Assembly (NCBI RefSeq): GCF_037157815.1
Contig: NZ_CP089984.1
Source: Pendulispora albinea
GTDB taxonomy: Bacteria > Myxococcota_A > Polyangia > Polyangiales > Polyangiaceae
Direction: 5' to 3' (one strand)
DNA length: 32,000 nt
The notes under the pieces are model-generated. The model searched no databases and was not told the origin of the DNA. It saw only the letters and a program-made list of their open reading frames with translations. A program made the translations under genes and the position numbers. Below, piece after piece: positions 1-9,312 of the stretch (within the stretch, counting starts at the first letter, position 1; the number at the start of each line of letters is the position of its first letter).

Positions 1-33
1 ACATCAACCGCGCGGCTCCTTCGCACACGCGCA

Positions 34-294
34 TCAAGGGCACAATCGCCGATTCGGACTGCCACTTCCCGAGGACGCCACCGACTCTTCGCAACCGGGC
101 ACACCCTGGGCGGTACCCGGGGTTCCCGTCACCGTGATCGGCGGATTGACCGCGAGCGGCGGTGAGCTCGGCGTCGGCTGGTAAATACTCGACGGATCGT
201 GACCCGCATAAGCCGAGGTGCCACGCGATTGGCCCGCGCACGCCATCAAACCAAGAGCCATCGCGATGACCACGGATACGCTTCGAACGGACAT
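34..294 (-). CDS. small secreted lipoprotein, unknown function
   Basis: Internal ATG at 294 of ORF 34..450 gives MSVRSVSVVIAMALGLMAC (signal peptide plus lipobox LMAC). The mature part is Pro/Ser/Thr-rich. GC3 is about 75% in this frame. ATG at 348 is an alternative start. No family recognised. Confidence 0.45.
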   Translation of the reverse strand: MSVRSVSVVIAMALGLMACAGQSRGTSAYAGHDPSSIYQPTPSSPPLAVNPPITVTGTPGTAQGVPGCEESVASSGSGSPNRRLCP

Positions 295-543
295 CCACAA
301 CCTCCATGCCTTGCGATGGCTGAAAAGAGGGTGGCGTTTCTTGCGCATTCCGGGAGCGTGGGTACAGAGCTCACCTTCTCCGCGAGCTCCTGGAACACGG
401 GCCCAAGTCGCATAAGCACCCACACAATCCCGTTTGCGCCGCAGGTGCAAGCGTGCGCCTTTTAATGTTACCCATCATCAATACGGACCACGCCTGCGCG
501 GGTCGAGGGTCGAGGACCAACGTCTACCCCGGAAGGAGATTGG

Positions 544-2817
544 ATGATGAGCATTCGTCGATGGGTAACCCACACTGGAGGCATCTCGTTGCTCGCCGCG
601 TTCGTCGCGGCGCTCGGCTGCGCCGATGGCACCCGCGGCGACGCGCCCGGAGAGCCGCCTGCTCGGGCTCCCCTGGCCGGACCGCCGCGGTTCGACGCGG
701 GCAGCACCCTTCGAGCCGCGGCGTTCACGAGCAAATCGAACCCGAATCCGCACCTCGAGAACAACGACACCACCCTGGGGTTCTTCGACGTGGGCACGTG
801 GTTTTGCTTCGATGGCGTGGAGATGAGCGGGGTGGGCAGCCTTGGCCTGCGCATGGCGGCCGCGAACACGGGCGGGGTCTTCTCCGTTCGAATCGATGGC
901 AACGCGGGCACCGAGATCGGGCGCTACACGGTGGCGACGTCCACGGGGGGATGGGGCACGTGGGAGACGCGCACCATGACATTGACACCGGTATCCGGCG
1001 TGCATTCGCTCTGTCTGCGCGGTGAGTCGGGCTACGGCATTCTCAACCTCGCCTGGCTCGAGCTCGGGCAAACCACGGCGGCCGTTGGGGCCACCACCCC
1101 CTTCGTCAGCTACGAGGCGGAGGCCGGGAGGCTCGGGGGCGGGGCCGCGATCGTGGCCCTCACGTCGCCGCCGACCACGCCGTATTCGAGTCCGGAGCTG
1201 GAGTCTTCGGGTCACGCGTACGTTCGGCTGAATGCAACGCATCAGTACGTGGAGTGGGTGAACGACACCGAAAAGAACATCACGTTCATCGATGTTCGCG
1301 CGTCGATCCCGGATAGCGCCGATGGCAAAGGGCTCACGGCCACCTTGGATCTGTATGTCGATGGCGCGTTCCGCCAGACGCTCACCCTCACCTCCAAACA
1401 GACTTGGGGCTACGAGGGCAACGACCACTACAACAACGAAAGCCAAAATCCCTCGGACGGCCGCCCGCGCACGTTCTTCGATGACGTGCACACCTTCATC
1501 ACGGGCGCCGCCGTGGCCCCCGGCAGCACCCTCCGGCTCCAGAAGAGCGCCGCGAACACGGCGGCCTTCTACGACATCGACGTGGTGGACGTGGAAGCTC
1601 CTCCCGCACCGCTCGCCCAAACGCCAAACTCCCTATCCATCGCGGCCGACTGCGGCGCGGTGGCCAACGACCGCAACGTGGACAACTCGGGCGCGATTCA
1701 GACTTGCATCGATAGGGCTGCGTCGCAAGGAAAGAGCCTCTGGATTCCCCCGGGCGCCTTTTACGTGAGGACCGTTGGCGGACTCCATGCCAATGGCATC
1801 ACCATCGAGGGCGCGGGCATGTGGTACAGCACGATTTACCGCAACATGCCGCTGCCCAATGTGAACGGGTCGGGGCAGCCGCAGCCGCTGGGCGCCATCT
1901 TCAATCTCACATCGTGCACGGTGCGCAACTTTGCGCTCGATGCCAACGCAACGAGCCGGGCCCAAATCGACGGCGCCGGCGGCGCCATGGATACCACGGG
2001 CACCCATTGGGTGGCCGACGGCATTTGGACCCAGCACACGATGTCTGGGTTCTGGGCATCGGGGACTGGAGGAACGGTCAAGAACTGCCGATTGACGAGC
2101 ATCTGGGCCGACGGATGCAATATCAACAACGTGAGCAACGGAGGAAAGGTCGGAAACGATCTCACCGTTCAAAACAACTTCGTACGTGGCACGGGGGATG
2201 ATGCCATTGCCATCAACTCCGTCGATTACAATGACTTTGGCCCCACCCGCGTCTATTACACCCCCATGGCGAGGGCCAAGGTCATCAACAATACATCCAT
2301 CGCCCCTTGGGGCGGCAAAGGAGTGGCGGTTTACGGTGGCGGCGGCCACGAGGTGCGCAACAATGCCATGAGCGACACGGCGCGCTATATCGGTCTTGGC
2401 GTGGGCAAGTTCGGGGCGAATGGCTCGAACCTCACCTCGGCAACGGTGACCGGCAACCTGGTCGTGCGCTGCGGCGGCAATGCCTATGTGCAGCAACAAC
2501 CCGCTTTGCACATCGGCAACGGCGGCGATGGCCATGAAACGGGCACGGTCGCGAACGCCACCGTGTCGGAGAACACCATCGTGGATGCGCTCTACAACGG
2601 AGTGGGGTTCTCCGCGAGCACCGACACGCTTCTGCGAAACAATACCATTCGCCACCCTGGACTCGACGGTATCGTCATCTCGCCGCCCTTTTACCCTGCA
2701 CCCACCGGCTCGGCGGCCATCCGCGACAACATGGTAACGGGGCTGAACTCTGGAAAGTCGGCCTTCCGCAATCTGTCGAGCGGCTTCACCGCGACCCTCA
2801 GCGGGAATAATTGGTAA
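544..2817 (+). CDS. secreted lipoprotein glycoside hydrolase: CBM6-like module + beta-sandwich + right-handed beta-helix (GH87 alpha-1,3-glucanase/mycodextranase-like, tentative)
   Basis: GGAGA lies just upstream of ATG 544. Signal/lipobox is LLAAFVAALGC. CBM6-like block: GTWFCFDGVEM...STGGWGTWETRTMTL...ILNLAWLEL. It is followed by FVSYEAEAG...SSGHAYVRL...IPDSADGKG...LYVDG. Repeated beta-helix rungs follow (NCRLTSIWADGCNINN, NNFVRGTGDDAIAINS, NNTSIAPWGGKGVAVYG, VTGNLVVRCGG, VSENTIVDALYNGVGF, LRNNTIRHPGLDGIVI). The GH87 assignment is from memory of the family pattern, not a search. Confidence 0.8.
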   Translation: MMSIRRWVTHTGGISLLAAFVAALGCADGTRGDAPGEPPARAPLAGPPRFDAGSTLRAAAFTSKSNPNPHLENNDTTLGFFDVGTWFCFDGVEMSGVGSLGLRMAAANTGGVFSVRIDGNAGTEIGRYTVATSTGGWGTWETRTMTLTPVSGVHSLCLRGESGYGILNLAWLELGQTTAAVGATTPFVSYEAEAGRLGGGAAIVALTSPPTTPYSSPELESSGHAYVRLNATHQYVEWVNDTEKNITFIDVRASIPDSADGKGLTATLDLYVDGAFRQTLTLTSKQTWGYEGNDHYNNESQNPSDGRPRTFFDDVHTFITGAAVAPGSTLRLQKSAANTAAFYDIDVVDVEAPPAPLAQTPNSLSIAADCGAVANDRNVDNSGAIQTCIDRAASQGKSLWIPPGAFYVRTVGGLHANGITIEGAGMWYSTIYRNMPLPNVNGSGQPQPLGAIFNLTSCTVRNFALDANATSRAQIDGAGGAMDTTGTHWVADGIWTQHTMSGFWASGTGGTVKNCRLTSIWADGCNINNVSNGGKVGNDLTVQNNFVRGTGDDAIAINSVDYNDFGPTRVYYTPMARAKVINNTSIAPWGGKGVAVYGGGGHEVRNNAMSDTARYIGLGVGKFGANGSNLTSATVTGNLVVRCGGNAYVQQQPALHIGNGGDGHETGTVANATVSENTIVDALYNGVGFSASTDTLLRNNTIRHPGLDGIVISPPFYPAPTGSAAIRDNMVTGLNSGKSAFRNLSSGFTATLSGNNW

Positions 2818-2830
2818 AGATGGACAACTC

Positions 2831-2865
2831 GCGCCTCGCGCGGTCGAAACACCCGCGCGAGGCGC
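2831..2865 (+). terminator. GC-rich hairpin 14 nt after the glycosidase stop (intrinsic-terminator-like)
   Basis: GCGCCTCGCGCGG (2831-2843), 9-nt loop, CCGCGCGAGGCGC (2853-2865). The 13-bp stem is perfect. It is followed only by TTAT, so the U-tract is weak. Confidence 0.45.
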
Positions 2866-2966
2866 TTATGCCGGTGTGCATCCGGGATCGCCGCCCGCCG
2901 CCGGCTGTCCCATGAGGGAGGGTCGAGAATTTTTTCAGCAGGGAGAAGACGTTCTTCCCAGCGTAG

Positions 2967-3227
2967 ATGAAGATTGCCGACGTAGCCTATGGCCTCTCTT
3001 TTTCTTCCCATCTTCGCGACGAACGCACAGTATCCGTAGTCTCAGGGCCGTTGGTCCCGCCCGAGCTGCTCTCGCTCCGCGGCCGCTTTGGCTCCGAAGC
3101 GCGATTTCATGGCCCGATCACCGAGTCGATGCGCGCGGAGGTGAAGCTCGGCCTCGACGCCATCGCGGAGGCGTGCGTCGTCCAGAATGGGCGCATCGTC
3201 GACGCGCACGTCAACAATCCGCATTGA
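2967..3227 (+). CDS. possible small ORF or 3-prime remnant of a lost gene
   Basis: ORF 2967..3227. Only the distal part (about 3050-3227, ...RFGSEARFHGPITESMRAEVKLGLDAIAEACVVQNGRIVDAHVNNPH) has high GC3 (about 85% by hand count). The first 25 codons are about 50%. No family recognised. Confidence 0.2.
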   Translation: MKIADVAYGLSFSSHLRDERTVSVVSGPLVPPELLSLRGRFGSEARFHGPITESMRAEVKLGLDAIAEACVVQNGRIVDAHVNNPH

Positions 3228-3258
3228 GCCGCGGTCATCCGCGCGGGATCCGTCCACG

Positions 3259-4314
3259 TCACGGCTCGAAGCTGACGTGGACGTGGTCGAAGTGATTCTG
3301 GGTGATGCTCCCGCGGTCCTCCATTTGCGACCAGCCATCGCCTTGGTGGATGCGCTGGCGGTAAATGACATAGGCGATGCGGTACTTGCTCATGTTCGAG
3401 ACGGCAAACTCCGCCAGGCGATTGCCGAACTCGTGATTGTCGCTGGGGACTTGGCCGTAGGCCTCGGAGGTCAGCATATCGAGCGCCAGATCGGCGCTGG
3501 GCTGGTGACCATTGTAGGTACCGGCGCGGCACGCCTCCACGAAGCAGCAGGCCTCGTTCGCGAAGGTTTGGGCTTGCGAGCGAACGGGCGGACCTTCGAT
3601 GTCGACCTGTTTGTCGCAGGTGGACGAGTCGCACGAGGAGCACTGGCCCTGCGTCTGCTCCTGCGCCTGCGACGCCTTGCTGACTTGGGAGGAACAGTTG
3701 CTCGTGGCCCCCGTCGACGTCTGGCACGCCGAAACGGCGTTGGCGCCTGCCGATGCCGACGCGGTGAGCGCCGAATTGCAGCCGGTGGTCAAGCACCCGA
3801 CGGGCTCCACGAGCTTGGTCTGCGGGCGGAGGCCGGAGGCTTGGAGCTCCCGGCTCGATCGCCCGGTGAGCTTGCCCCCGGCGCGCGCGGACTGCGTCTC
3901 GAGATCGGCGATGATGCGGTCGACGATCTTTCGTGCGCGCGCGTCGTTCGCGAAGGTGTTCTCGAGCACATTGAACCGCGCCCCGCCCGCGCCGGCCTCG
4001 ATCGTCATGCGCGCGTGGCTCTCTTTGGTCGAGAGGGTCGCCTCGAAGGTGCCCTGCTTCGCGCTCGTTTTGTGCGCGAACTGAACGATCGGCGTGTGCG
4101 ATCCGTCGTAGCCGCGCACGGTGGTGACCTCGGATTGGCCGCTGTCGAGCCCCCACGTCTCCACACCGAGCTCGGAGCGCGTCTGGTCCGACGCCTCCAT
4201 GACGACGAGATCCCCCGTCGCCCCCTCGCTGACCGGTGCTTGCTCCGAAGGACTCGAACACGCCAGCCCCACGGCCACGAGAACGGTCGCCACGACGGGC
4301 ACGATTCGATTCAT
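3259..4314 (-). CDS. lipoprotein with Cys/Ser/Thr/Gln-rich linker and conserved-looking C-terminal H..D...HxH domain, unknown function
   Basis: ATG at 4314 (codon 156 of ORF 3259..4779) gives MNRIVPVVATVLVAVGLAC, a lipoprotein signal. Central low-complexity Cys-rich stretch: CLTTGCNS...CQTSTGATSNCSS...QCSSCDSSTCDK. The C-terminus reads ...GHQPSADLALDML...YRIAYVIYRQRI...ITQNHFDHVHVSFEP. Confidence 0.65.
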   Translation of the reverse strand: MNRIVPVVATVLVAVGLACSSPSEQAPVSEGATGDLVVMEASDQTRSELGVETWGLDSGQSEVTTVRGYDGSHTPIVQFAHKTSAKQGTFEATLSTKESHARMTIEAGAGGARFNVLENTFANDARARKIVDRIIADLETQSARAGGKLTGRSSRELQASGLRPQTKLVEPVGCLTTGCNSALTASASAGANAVSACQTSTGATSNCSSQVSKASQAQEQTQGQCSSCDSSTCDKQVDIEGPPVRSQAQTFANEACCFVEACRAGTYNGHQPSADLALDMLTSEAYGQVPSDNHEFGNRLAEFAVSNMSKYRIAYVIYRQRIHQGDGWSQMEDRGSITQNHFDHVHVSFEP

Positions 4315-4667
4315 ATTTTTCGCATCAGCAACCGCAATGCCACTCGCATTGCCGCGCAAATGCAGCGATGAATGCGCGGATCTTCGCCGGCATCCCGCGG
4401 ATCTTCGCCGCAGCGCCGAGGAACTCGGACTTCCGAAGATGGAAATGCGATTGCCACTTTCGCCATCGTGGGAGACACTACATGTACGACATCGAGGGGC
4501 ATGCGCGGGCGCCTGCGGTGCGCTCCCAACGTGCCCGGGCGCGCCCGTCCATCGGTTGCGGCACCCAAGCTCACTGTGCCATTTTTGCAGAGCGCGTGCC
4601 GTTCTCGAGGGGCCGCAAATTCGCGATGATGCGAGGTGGCATAGCGGCTGATGAGGAGGGTCGCACC

Positions 4668-5825
4668 ATGAATGAGGCAACCCCAAGTCCCCTTGCATCG
4701 CTCCTCGTGACGGCACGCGATGCGCTCCTCGAACGATGGGCGCAACGGCTCCTCCATGATCCCGAGGTGCCCAGCGCACAACGACTCTCGAGGCCCGCGC
4801 TCGAAGACAACTTCCCCGTGCTCATCGAGCGCATCGTTCAGCGACTCGAGCGAATGGCCGCGAACCAGGACGGTGGCAAGCCGGAGCACAGCCAATCCGA
4901 GGACGTCGGCGTCGCCCATGCTCGCCATCGCTTCGCCGCGCAATACACCATCGCGGAAGCGCTCCGGGAGCTCCGCCACTTCCGCGGGGCGGTCCTGGAT
5001 ATTTGTGACGAGCATCGGAGCGCGCTGACGATCGGGGAAGCGCGCGTGCTGCACGCGACCATCGACGAGTCCATGGAGATCGCGGCGAGCGAAATCGAAG
5101 GGATGGCGGTGCGCCGATTCGAACACGTGATGGCCATCGTCGCCCACGATTTGAGGGCCCCTCTTCAAGTGATCACCGGACATGCGACGCTCTTGAAGGA
5201 GGGCCTGGCGCTCGGCGCCTCGGATTGTGCGATCGTGGGGGCCGCGCTCGAGCGGAGCTCCAAGCAAATGGTGCGGCTCATCGAAGATTTGGGCCTCGCC
5301 TCCGAGCTGGAGCTCGGACATCTCTCCATCCAGCGCCGGAGCGTGGACGCGCGATCCATCGTCCAGAACGTCATCGAGCAACTGCGCTACATCGCCAATC
5401 GCAAATCGATTACCCTCGCGACCACGATGCCCGAGCAACCGGTGCTCGCGGTGTGCGATCCCGAGCGCATCGAGCAAGCGTTGGGCAACATCGTATCGAA
5501 TGCCATTCATTTCACGCCGCGCGCGGGGCAAATCCGCATCGATCTCAAGGCGTCGCTGAAACAAGCCATGTTCCGTGTGCTCGACAGCGGACCGGGTATT
5601 GCGCCGGAGCACCGGGAGCACGTCTTTCATCCTTTCTGGAAAGGGTCGAGCACCCGTCGAACGGGCATGGGGCTCGGTCTCGCCATCGCGCGCGGTATCG
5701 TCGAGGCCCACGGCGGGACCATCTTCGTCACCAGCCCGCCGGGCTCCGGTGCCGTTTTCTGCTTCACCATTTCCCTCGAGGCCGACGAAGCGCCCAGCGA
5801 GAGCATCGAGATTGGTTCGCGCTGA
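4668..5825 (+). CDS. cytoplasmic sensor histidine kinase (RsbRD-N-like sensor, HisKA, HATPase_c)
   Basis: GAGGAGG lies about 8 nt upstream of ATG 4668. No TM segment. N-terminal LLERWAQRLL...EDNFPVLIERIVQRL (RsbRD-N-like, tentative). H-box VAHDLRAPL; N-box GNIVSNAIHFT; G1 DSGPGI; G2 GMGLGLAIARGIVEAHGG. Confidence 0.85.
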   Translation: MNEATPSPLASLLVTARDALLERWAQRLLHDPEVPSAQRLSRPALEDNFPVLIERIVQRLERMAANQDGGKPEHSQSEDVGVAHARHRFAAQYTIAEALRELRHFRGAVLDICDEHRSALTIGEARVLHATIDESMEIAASEIEGMAVRRFEHVMAIVAHDLRAPLQVITGHATLLKEGLALGASDCAIVGAALERSSKQMVRLIEDLGLASELELGHLSIQRRSVDARSIVQNVIEQLRYIANRKSITLATTMPEQPVLAVCDPERIEQALGNIVSNAIHFTPRAGQIRIDLKASLKQAMFRVLDSGPGIAPEHREHVFHPFWKGSSTRRTGMGLGLAIARGIVEAHGGTIFVTSPPGSGAVFCFTISLEADEAPSESIEIGSR

Positions 5826-6251
5826 GACGTGCTGAGGTGCGCGCGCGTCCGCGCGGCACGGCCTGTCGAAGCTCTTGCGTTTGCAGGGAGTGTGCGGAAA
5901 GAGGTGGCGCGATCGAGAGCTTTTGACTCATCCGTGATGCGCCCATGGTGGCGCAATTCCTGCGATGCGTTCGGGCGAACGAGCTCCGAGTGCTCACGGT
6001 GCTCGTTCATCCGGGGGGCCAGCACTTCATGCAGGAGGGCTCGCCAATGAGGAGGCTACTGGGGATCCGGGAGAAGTCGTGTATCGCGCCGCGTCCGAGG
6101 AGGTCGGCGATGAGGTGCACGCTCCGGAACCTTCCATCGTCGGGTACGAGGAGAGTGGCCGGATCGTGGCAAATTGCCCGCTTCTACCGGACTGCCACTG
6201 CCGCTGCGCGGCGCGCACACTGGCCTCGCAGCAGGATCGGGATCCAACAGC

Positions 6252-6650
6252 TCAACCGTTTTCATGGAGATCCGAGCGGCTCTTGCGAACGTGGTGAACG
6301 CGCTCGCGGAGCTGTTCGAACTCGCTCTGCAAGTGCTTCAGATCGTCATCGCTCATGTCCTCCAGCGCTAGGAGGCCATTGCGCGCGCGGGCGTTGCTGC
6401 GAATGAGCTCATCGAGCTTCAAATGGATCGCCTTCGCGTCACGATTTTGGGTGTTCTGAATGAGGAAGACCATCAAGAACGTCACGATGGTCGTTCCCGT
6501 ATTGATCACCAGCTGCCAGGTGTCCGAGAAGTGGAACATTGGTCCGCTCACCGCCCAGATGGCGATGACGGCGACGGCGATGAAGAAGGCCGCCGACGTC
6601 CCTGCTTTTTCGGCGGTCGCGTGAGCGAATTTTCGAAAGCGGTCTTCCAT
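6252..6650 (-). CDS. low-affinity iron permease (Fet4-like) family membrane protein
   Basis: ATG at 6650 gives MEDRFRKFAHATAEKAGTSAAFFIAVAVIAIWAVSGPMFHFSDTWQLVINTGTTIVTFLMVFLIQNTQNRDAKAIHLKLDELI. This is close to the family consensus as I remember it. Two predicted TM helices. Confidence 0.8.
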   Translation of the reverse strand: MEDRFRKFAHATAEKAGTSAAFFIAVAVIAIWAVSGPMFHFSDTWQLVINTGTTIVTFLMVFLIQNTQNRDAKAIHLKLDELIRSNARARNGLLALEDMSDDDLKHLQSEFEQLRERVHHVRKSRSDLHENG

Positions 6651-6681
6651 GAAACGTCGAAACAGTGCAAAAAATGGGCAC

Positions 6682-8358
6682 ATGTCCTTGAACGAGAACG
6701 ACACCGAGAACGAGACGGAGCCAACCGTAACTGGCAACCTTACCGATCGTGCCGGGTCGCTCGAGTCGACCATCGGGGAACAGCCAGTCCCCGCGACGTT
6801 CGCCGTCCTCATCGAGAGCGTCAAAGACTACGCGATCTTCATGCTGGACGCGCGTGGGATGGTCGCGACCTGGAACGCGGGCGCAAAGCGGATCAAGGGT
6901 TATGAGCCGCACGAGATCATCGGCCAGTACTTCGCGAAATTTTATCCTCCCGAGGTGGCCGCGAGCGGCAAGTGCGAAATGGAGCTCGAGGTGGCGGCGC
7001 GCGATGGGCGCTTCGAGGACGAGGGGTGGCGCGTCCGCAAGGACGGCAGCCGGTTCTGGGCCAACGTGATCATCACCGCGCTGCGCGACGAGCACGATCA
7101 CCTCGTGGGGTTCGCAAAAGTGACACGCGACTTGACCGAGCGACGAAAGGCCGAGGACGAACGGATCGAGTACGCCAAGCTCCAAGAGGCGAGCAACATC
7201 AAGGACCAGTTCCTCGCCACCATCTCCCACGAGCTGCGGACACCGTTGAACGCGATCCTGGGGTGGGCCTCGCTCCTCAAGACCTCGGAGGATCTGCAGG
7301 AGATCGCCAAAGGTCTGGAGACCATCGAGCGCAATGGGGAGGCGCAAGCCGTCATCATCGACGACATGCTCGACATGTCGCGCATCGTCACGGGCAAGAT
7401 GCGCATCGATCCGCGGGCCGTCGATCTCGCGGCCATCGTCCGCGATGCGATCGAGGTGGTGCGCCCCGCCGCGGACGCAAGAGAGATTCGACTCTATCCC
7501 ACGGGGGTGGAGGAGCCGATACGGCTGGTTGGCGATCCGGTACGCCTTCAGCAAGTGGCTTGGAACTTTCTTTCGAACGCGGTGAAGTTCTGCGGAAAGG
7601 GAGGCTCCGTATCCATCGCATTGACGCGCGAGGACTCGAGCGTCCTGCTCCGCGTGGCCGACACCGGACAAGGTATCGCGGCGGAGTTTCTCCCCTACGT
7701 CTTCGAGCCCTTTCGCCAGGCGGAGAGCGGCCCCGCGCGCCGAGTGGGCGGCGTCGGCCTCGGTTTGGCCATCGTCAAGCACATCGTGGCGTTGCACGGG
7801 GGCGTCGTATCGGCCGAGAGCGCGGGGCCGGGTCAGGGAGCGTCGTTCACGGCCAAGCTCCCGGTCCGCGCCGTTGCCCCGGTGGAGCCGGAGATTCCCA
7901 AAGCCACGCCGGCCAAGCCTGGACCCGCCCCTGGGCAGAGCGCGCTGCGGCTCGACGGAATCCGCGTGCTCGCCATCGACGACGAGGCGGATGCGCGCGA
8001 GATCCTGAAGACGCTCTTTCGAATGCGCGGCGCGACGGCATATCTGGCGGGGTCCGCCGAAGAGGGCCGCCAAGCGCTCGCGTCGTTCAAGCCGCATATC
8101 ATCGTGAGCGACGTCGGTATGCCGGGCGAAGACGGATATCAATTCATGCGGAGCGTCCGCGCGCTCCCCAAGGAGAACGGCGGGGTGACCCCCGCGATCG
8201 CGCTCACGGCCTATGCGTATGCCGTGGACCGGCAACGTGCGCTCGACGCGGGGTTCAACTACCATTTCGCCAAACCCGTCGACTATGCCGACCTCATTCG
8301 CGCGATGCACAACCTCGTCAGCGTGGTCGATACACCTTGGCGGAGAGGTGCGGAGTGA
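6682..8358 (+). CDS. hybrid sensor histidine kinase (PAS-HisKA-HATPase_c-REC)
   Basis: PAS: VKDYAIFMLDARGMVATWNAGAKRIKGY...GWRVRKDGSRFWANV. H-box ISHELRTPLNAI; N-box NFLSNAVKF; G1 DTGQGI; G2 GVGLGLAIVKHIVALHGG. Receiver: VLAIDDEAD...IIVSDVGMPGEDG...FAKP. Start 6682 (MSLNEND) is preferred. ATG 6649 is possible but overlaps the divergent start codon. Confidence 0.85.
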   Translation: MSLNENDTENETEPTVTGNLTDRAGSLESTIGEQPVPATFAVLIESVKDYAIFMLDARGMVATWNAGAKRIKGYEPHEIIGQYFAKFYPPEVAASGKCEMELEVAARDGRFEDEGWRVRKDGSRFWANVIITALRDEHDHLVGFAKVTRDLTERRKAEDERIEYAKLQEASNIKDQFLATISHELRTPLNAILGWASLLKTSEDLQEIAKGLETIERNGEAQAVIIDDMLDMSRIVTGKMRIDPRAVDLAAIVRDAIEVVRPAADAREIRLYPTGVEEPIRLVGDPVRLQQVAWNFLSNAVKFCGKGGSVSIALTREDSSVLLRVADTGQGIAAEFLPYVFEPFRQAESGPARRVGGVGLGLAIVKHIVALHGGVVSAESAGPGQGASFTAKLPVRAVAPVEPEIPKATPAKPGPAPGQSALRLDGIRVLAIDDEADAREILKTLFRMRGATAYLAGSAEEGRQALASFKPHIIVSDVGMPGEDGYQFMRSVRALPKENGGVTPAIALTAYAYAVDRQRALDAGFNYHFAKPVDYADLIRAMHNLVSVVDTPWRRGAE

Positions 8359-8452
8359 GTTGCGGGCGGCGCGATGCGGGGCGCCGTGCGGGCGGGAATG
8401 GGGAAACGCCTCCCGCGCGAGCCTGGTAGAGCAGCGCTGAAACAACATCGCA

Positions 8453-8875
8453 TTATCCGGTCCCCTCGCCATAGCGCTGCGCGTTGGCGGCGATGGCGTC
8501 GGCGATGAACTGTGTCAGCCCGGCGGCGTGCTTCTCGTAGTAGGCTGCGAATCGTTCGTCGGAGACGTACAATCGTGACAATCCGACGTGTGCCGAATAG
8601 GAGCACGCGTAGAACCATCGATCGATGTGTTGGCGGTGCTCCTCGGCCAGGTCCATTGCGCGGGGATCGCGGGCGGGCACCCTCGATTGAAAGAGCGCTG
8701 CGAACGCGCGCACATTGGCGTCGACCTGCGACTGGATCGTCTGCCAATCTTCTTCGCGGTAGCCCTTTGCGCGCCTCTGGCTTTCGGCGTACGCCTCGGT
8801 GTGACCCCAGCGGGCCTCGGCTTCTTCGGCGTACTTGGACGGGTCGAATCCTTCGAGCTCTTCTTCCGGTTTCAT
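8453..8875 (-). CDS. stand-alone TipAS-type antibiotic-recognition domain protein (no MerR HTH)
   Basis: GAGG lies about 8 nt upstream of ATG 8875. Sequence: FDPSKYAEEAEARWGHTEAYAESQRRAKGYREEDW...AEEHRQHIDRWFY.CSYSAHVGLSRLYVSDERFAAYYEK. This is the typical TipAS domain pattern. At 140 aa there is no room for an N-terminal DNA-binding domain. Confidence 0.8.
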   Translation of the reverse strand: MKPEEELEGFDPSKYAEEAEARWGHTEAYAESQRRAKGYREEDWQTIQSQVDANVRAFAALFQSRVPARDPRAMDLAEEHRQHIDRWFYACSYSAHVGLSRLYVSDERFAAYYEKHAAGLTQFIADAIAANAQRYGEGTG

Positions 8876-9129
8876 GTTGGCACCTCGTTTCGGAGTGATG
8901 CACCCTCACGTCGCGAGAGGGTCAAGGGGACGACGTCGCTTTCGTTCGAGCACCTCGCTTCTGCTCTACCAAGTAGATGGATCGAGCAGGCTCGAGCGCA
9001 TGCGTGTTGTCGCGTCAATCGCGTACATCGAGCAGCTGCTCGACCCATGCCTCATCGCCCTTCGTGCTGCGTGGAGGTGAGGGCAGAGTCCTCTTCGTCG
9101 CCGTGGGAGTTCGGGGGGAGCCATCGCCC

Positions 9130-9312
9130 AGGTGCAATGGCGACCGCCAGCGCGGCGACCGTCGCAAAGCGCTCCTCGGGCTTTTTGCGCAAGCAACGGG
9201 AGATGGCCTCCGCGAGCTTGGCCGACCAGCACGACCCCCACTGGAAGCGTACCTGCGATGTACCAGCGTGTACCGGAAGGCGATAATCGGTTGGTACACG
9301 GGTGAATAGCGA
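9130..9312 (-). pseudogene. relic of a Hanks-type Ser/Thr kinase C-lobe
   Basis: The frame of ORF 9052..9453 reads ...AKLAEAISRCLRKKPEERFATVAALAVAIAP, a subdomain-XI-like signature (CL.K.P..RF). No HRD, DFG or APE motif survives upstream in any of the three minus frames. Confidence 0.3.

Noticed and set aside
478-1620. 380-aa minus-strand ORF, plus several other ORFs, overlapping the glycosidase gene.
   Set aside because: These are antisense shadow ORFs typical of high-GC DNA. They are Arg/Gly/Pro-rich with no motifs. The sense frame has clear domain architecture and an SD.
5965-6297. 110-codon ORF with an acidic middle and a Cys-rich C-terminus (CPLLPDCHCRC), considered as a RiPP precursor or small gene.
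   Set aside because: Positions 1 and 3 have similar GC (about 75-77%). There is no SD and no maturation enzymes nearby. It overlaps the 3-prime end of the permease gene. It cannot be supported beyond 'open frame'.
6439-8472. 677-aa minus-strand ORF antisense to the hybrid histidine kinase.
   Set aside because: Shadow ORF with Arg-rich composition and no motifs. The plus frame contains complete PAS, HisKA, HATPase and REC signatures.
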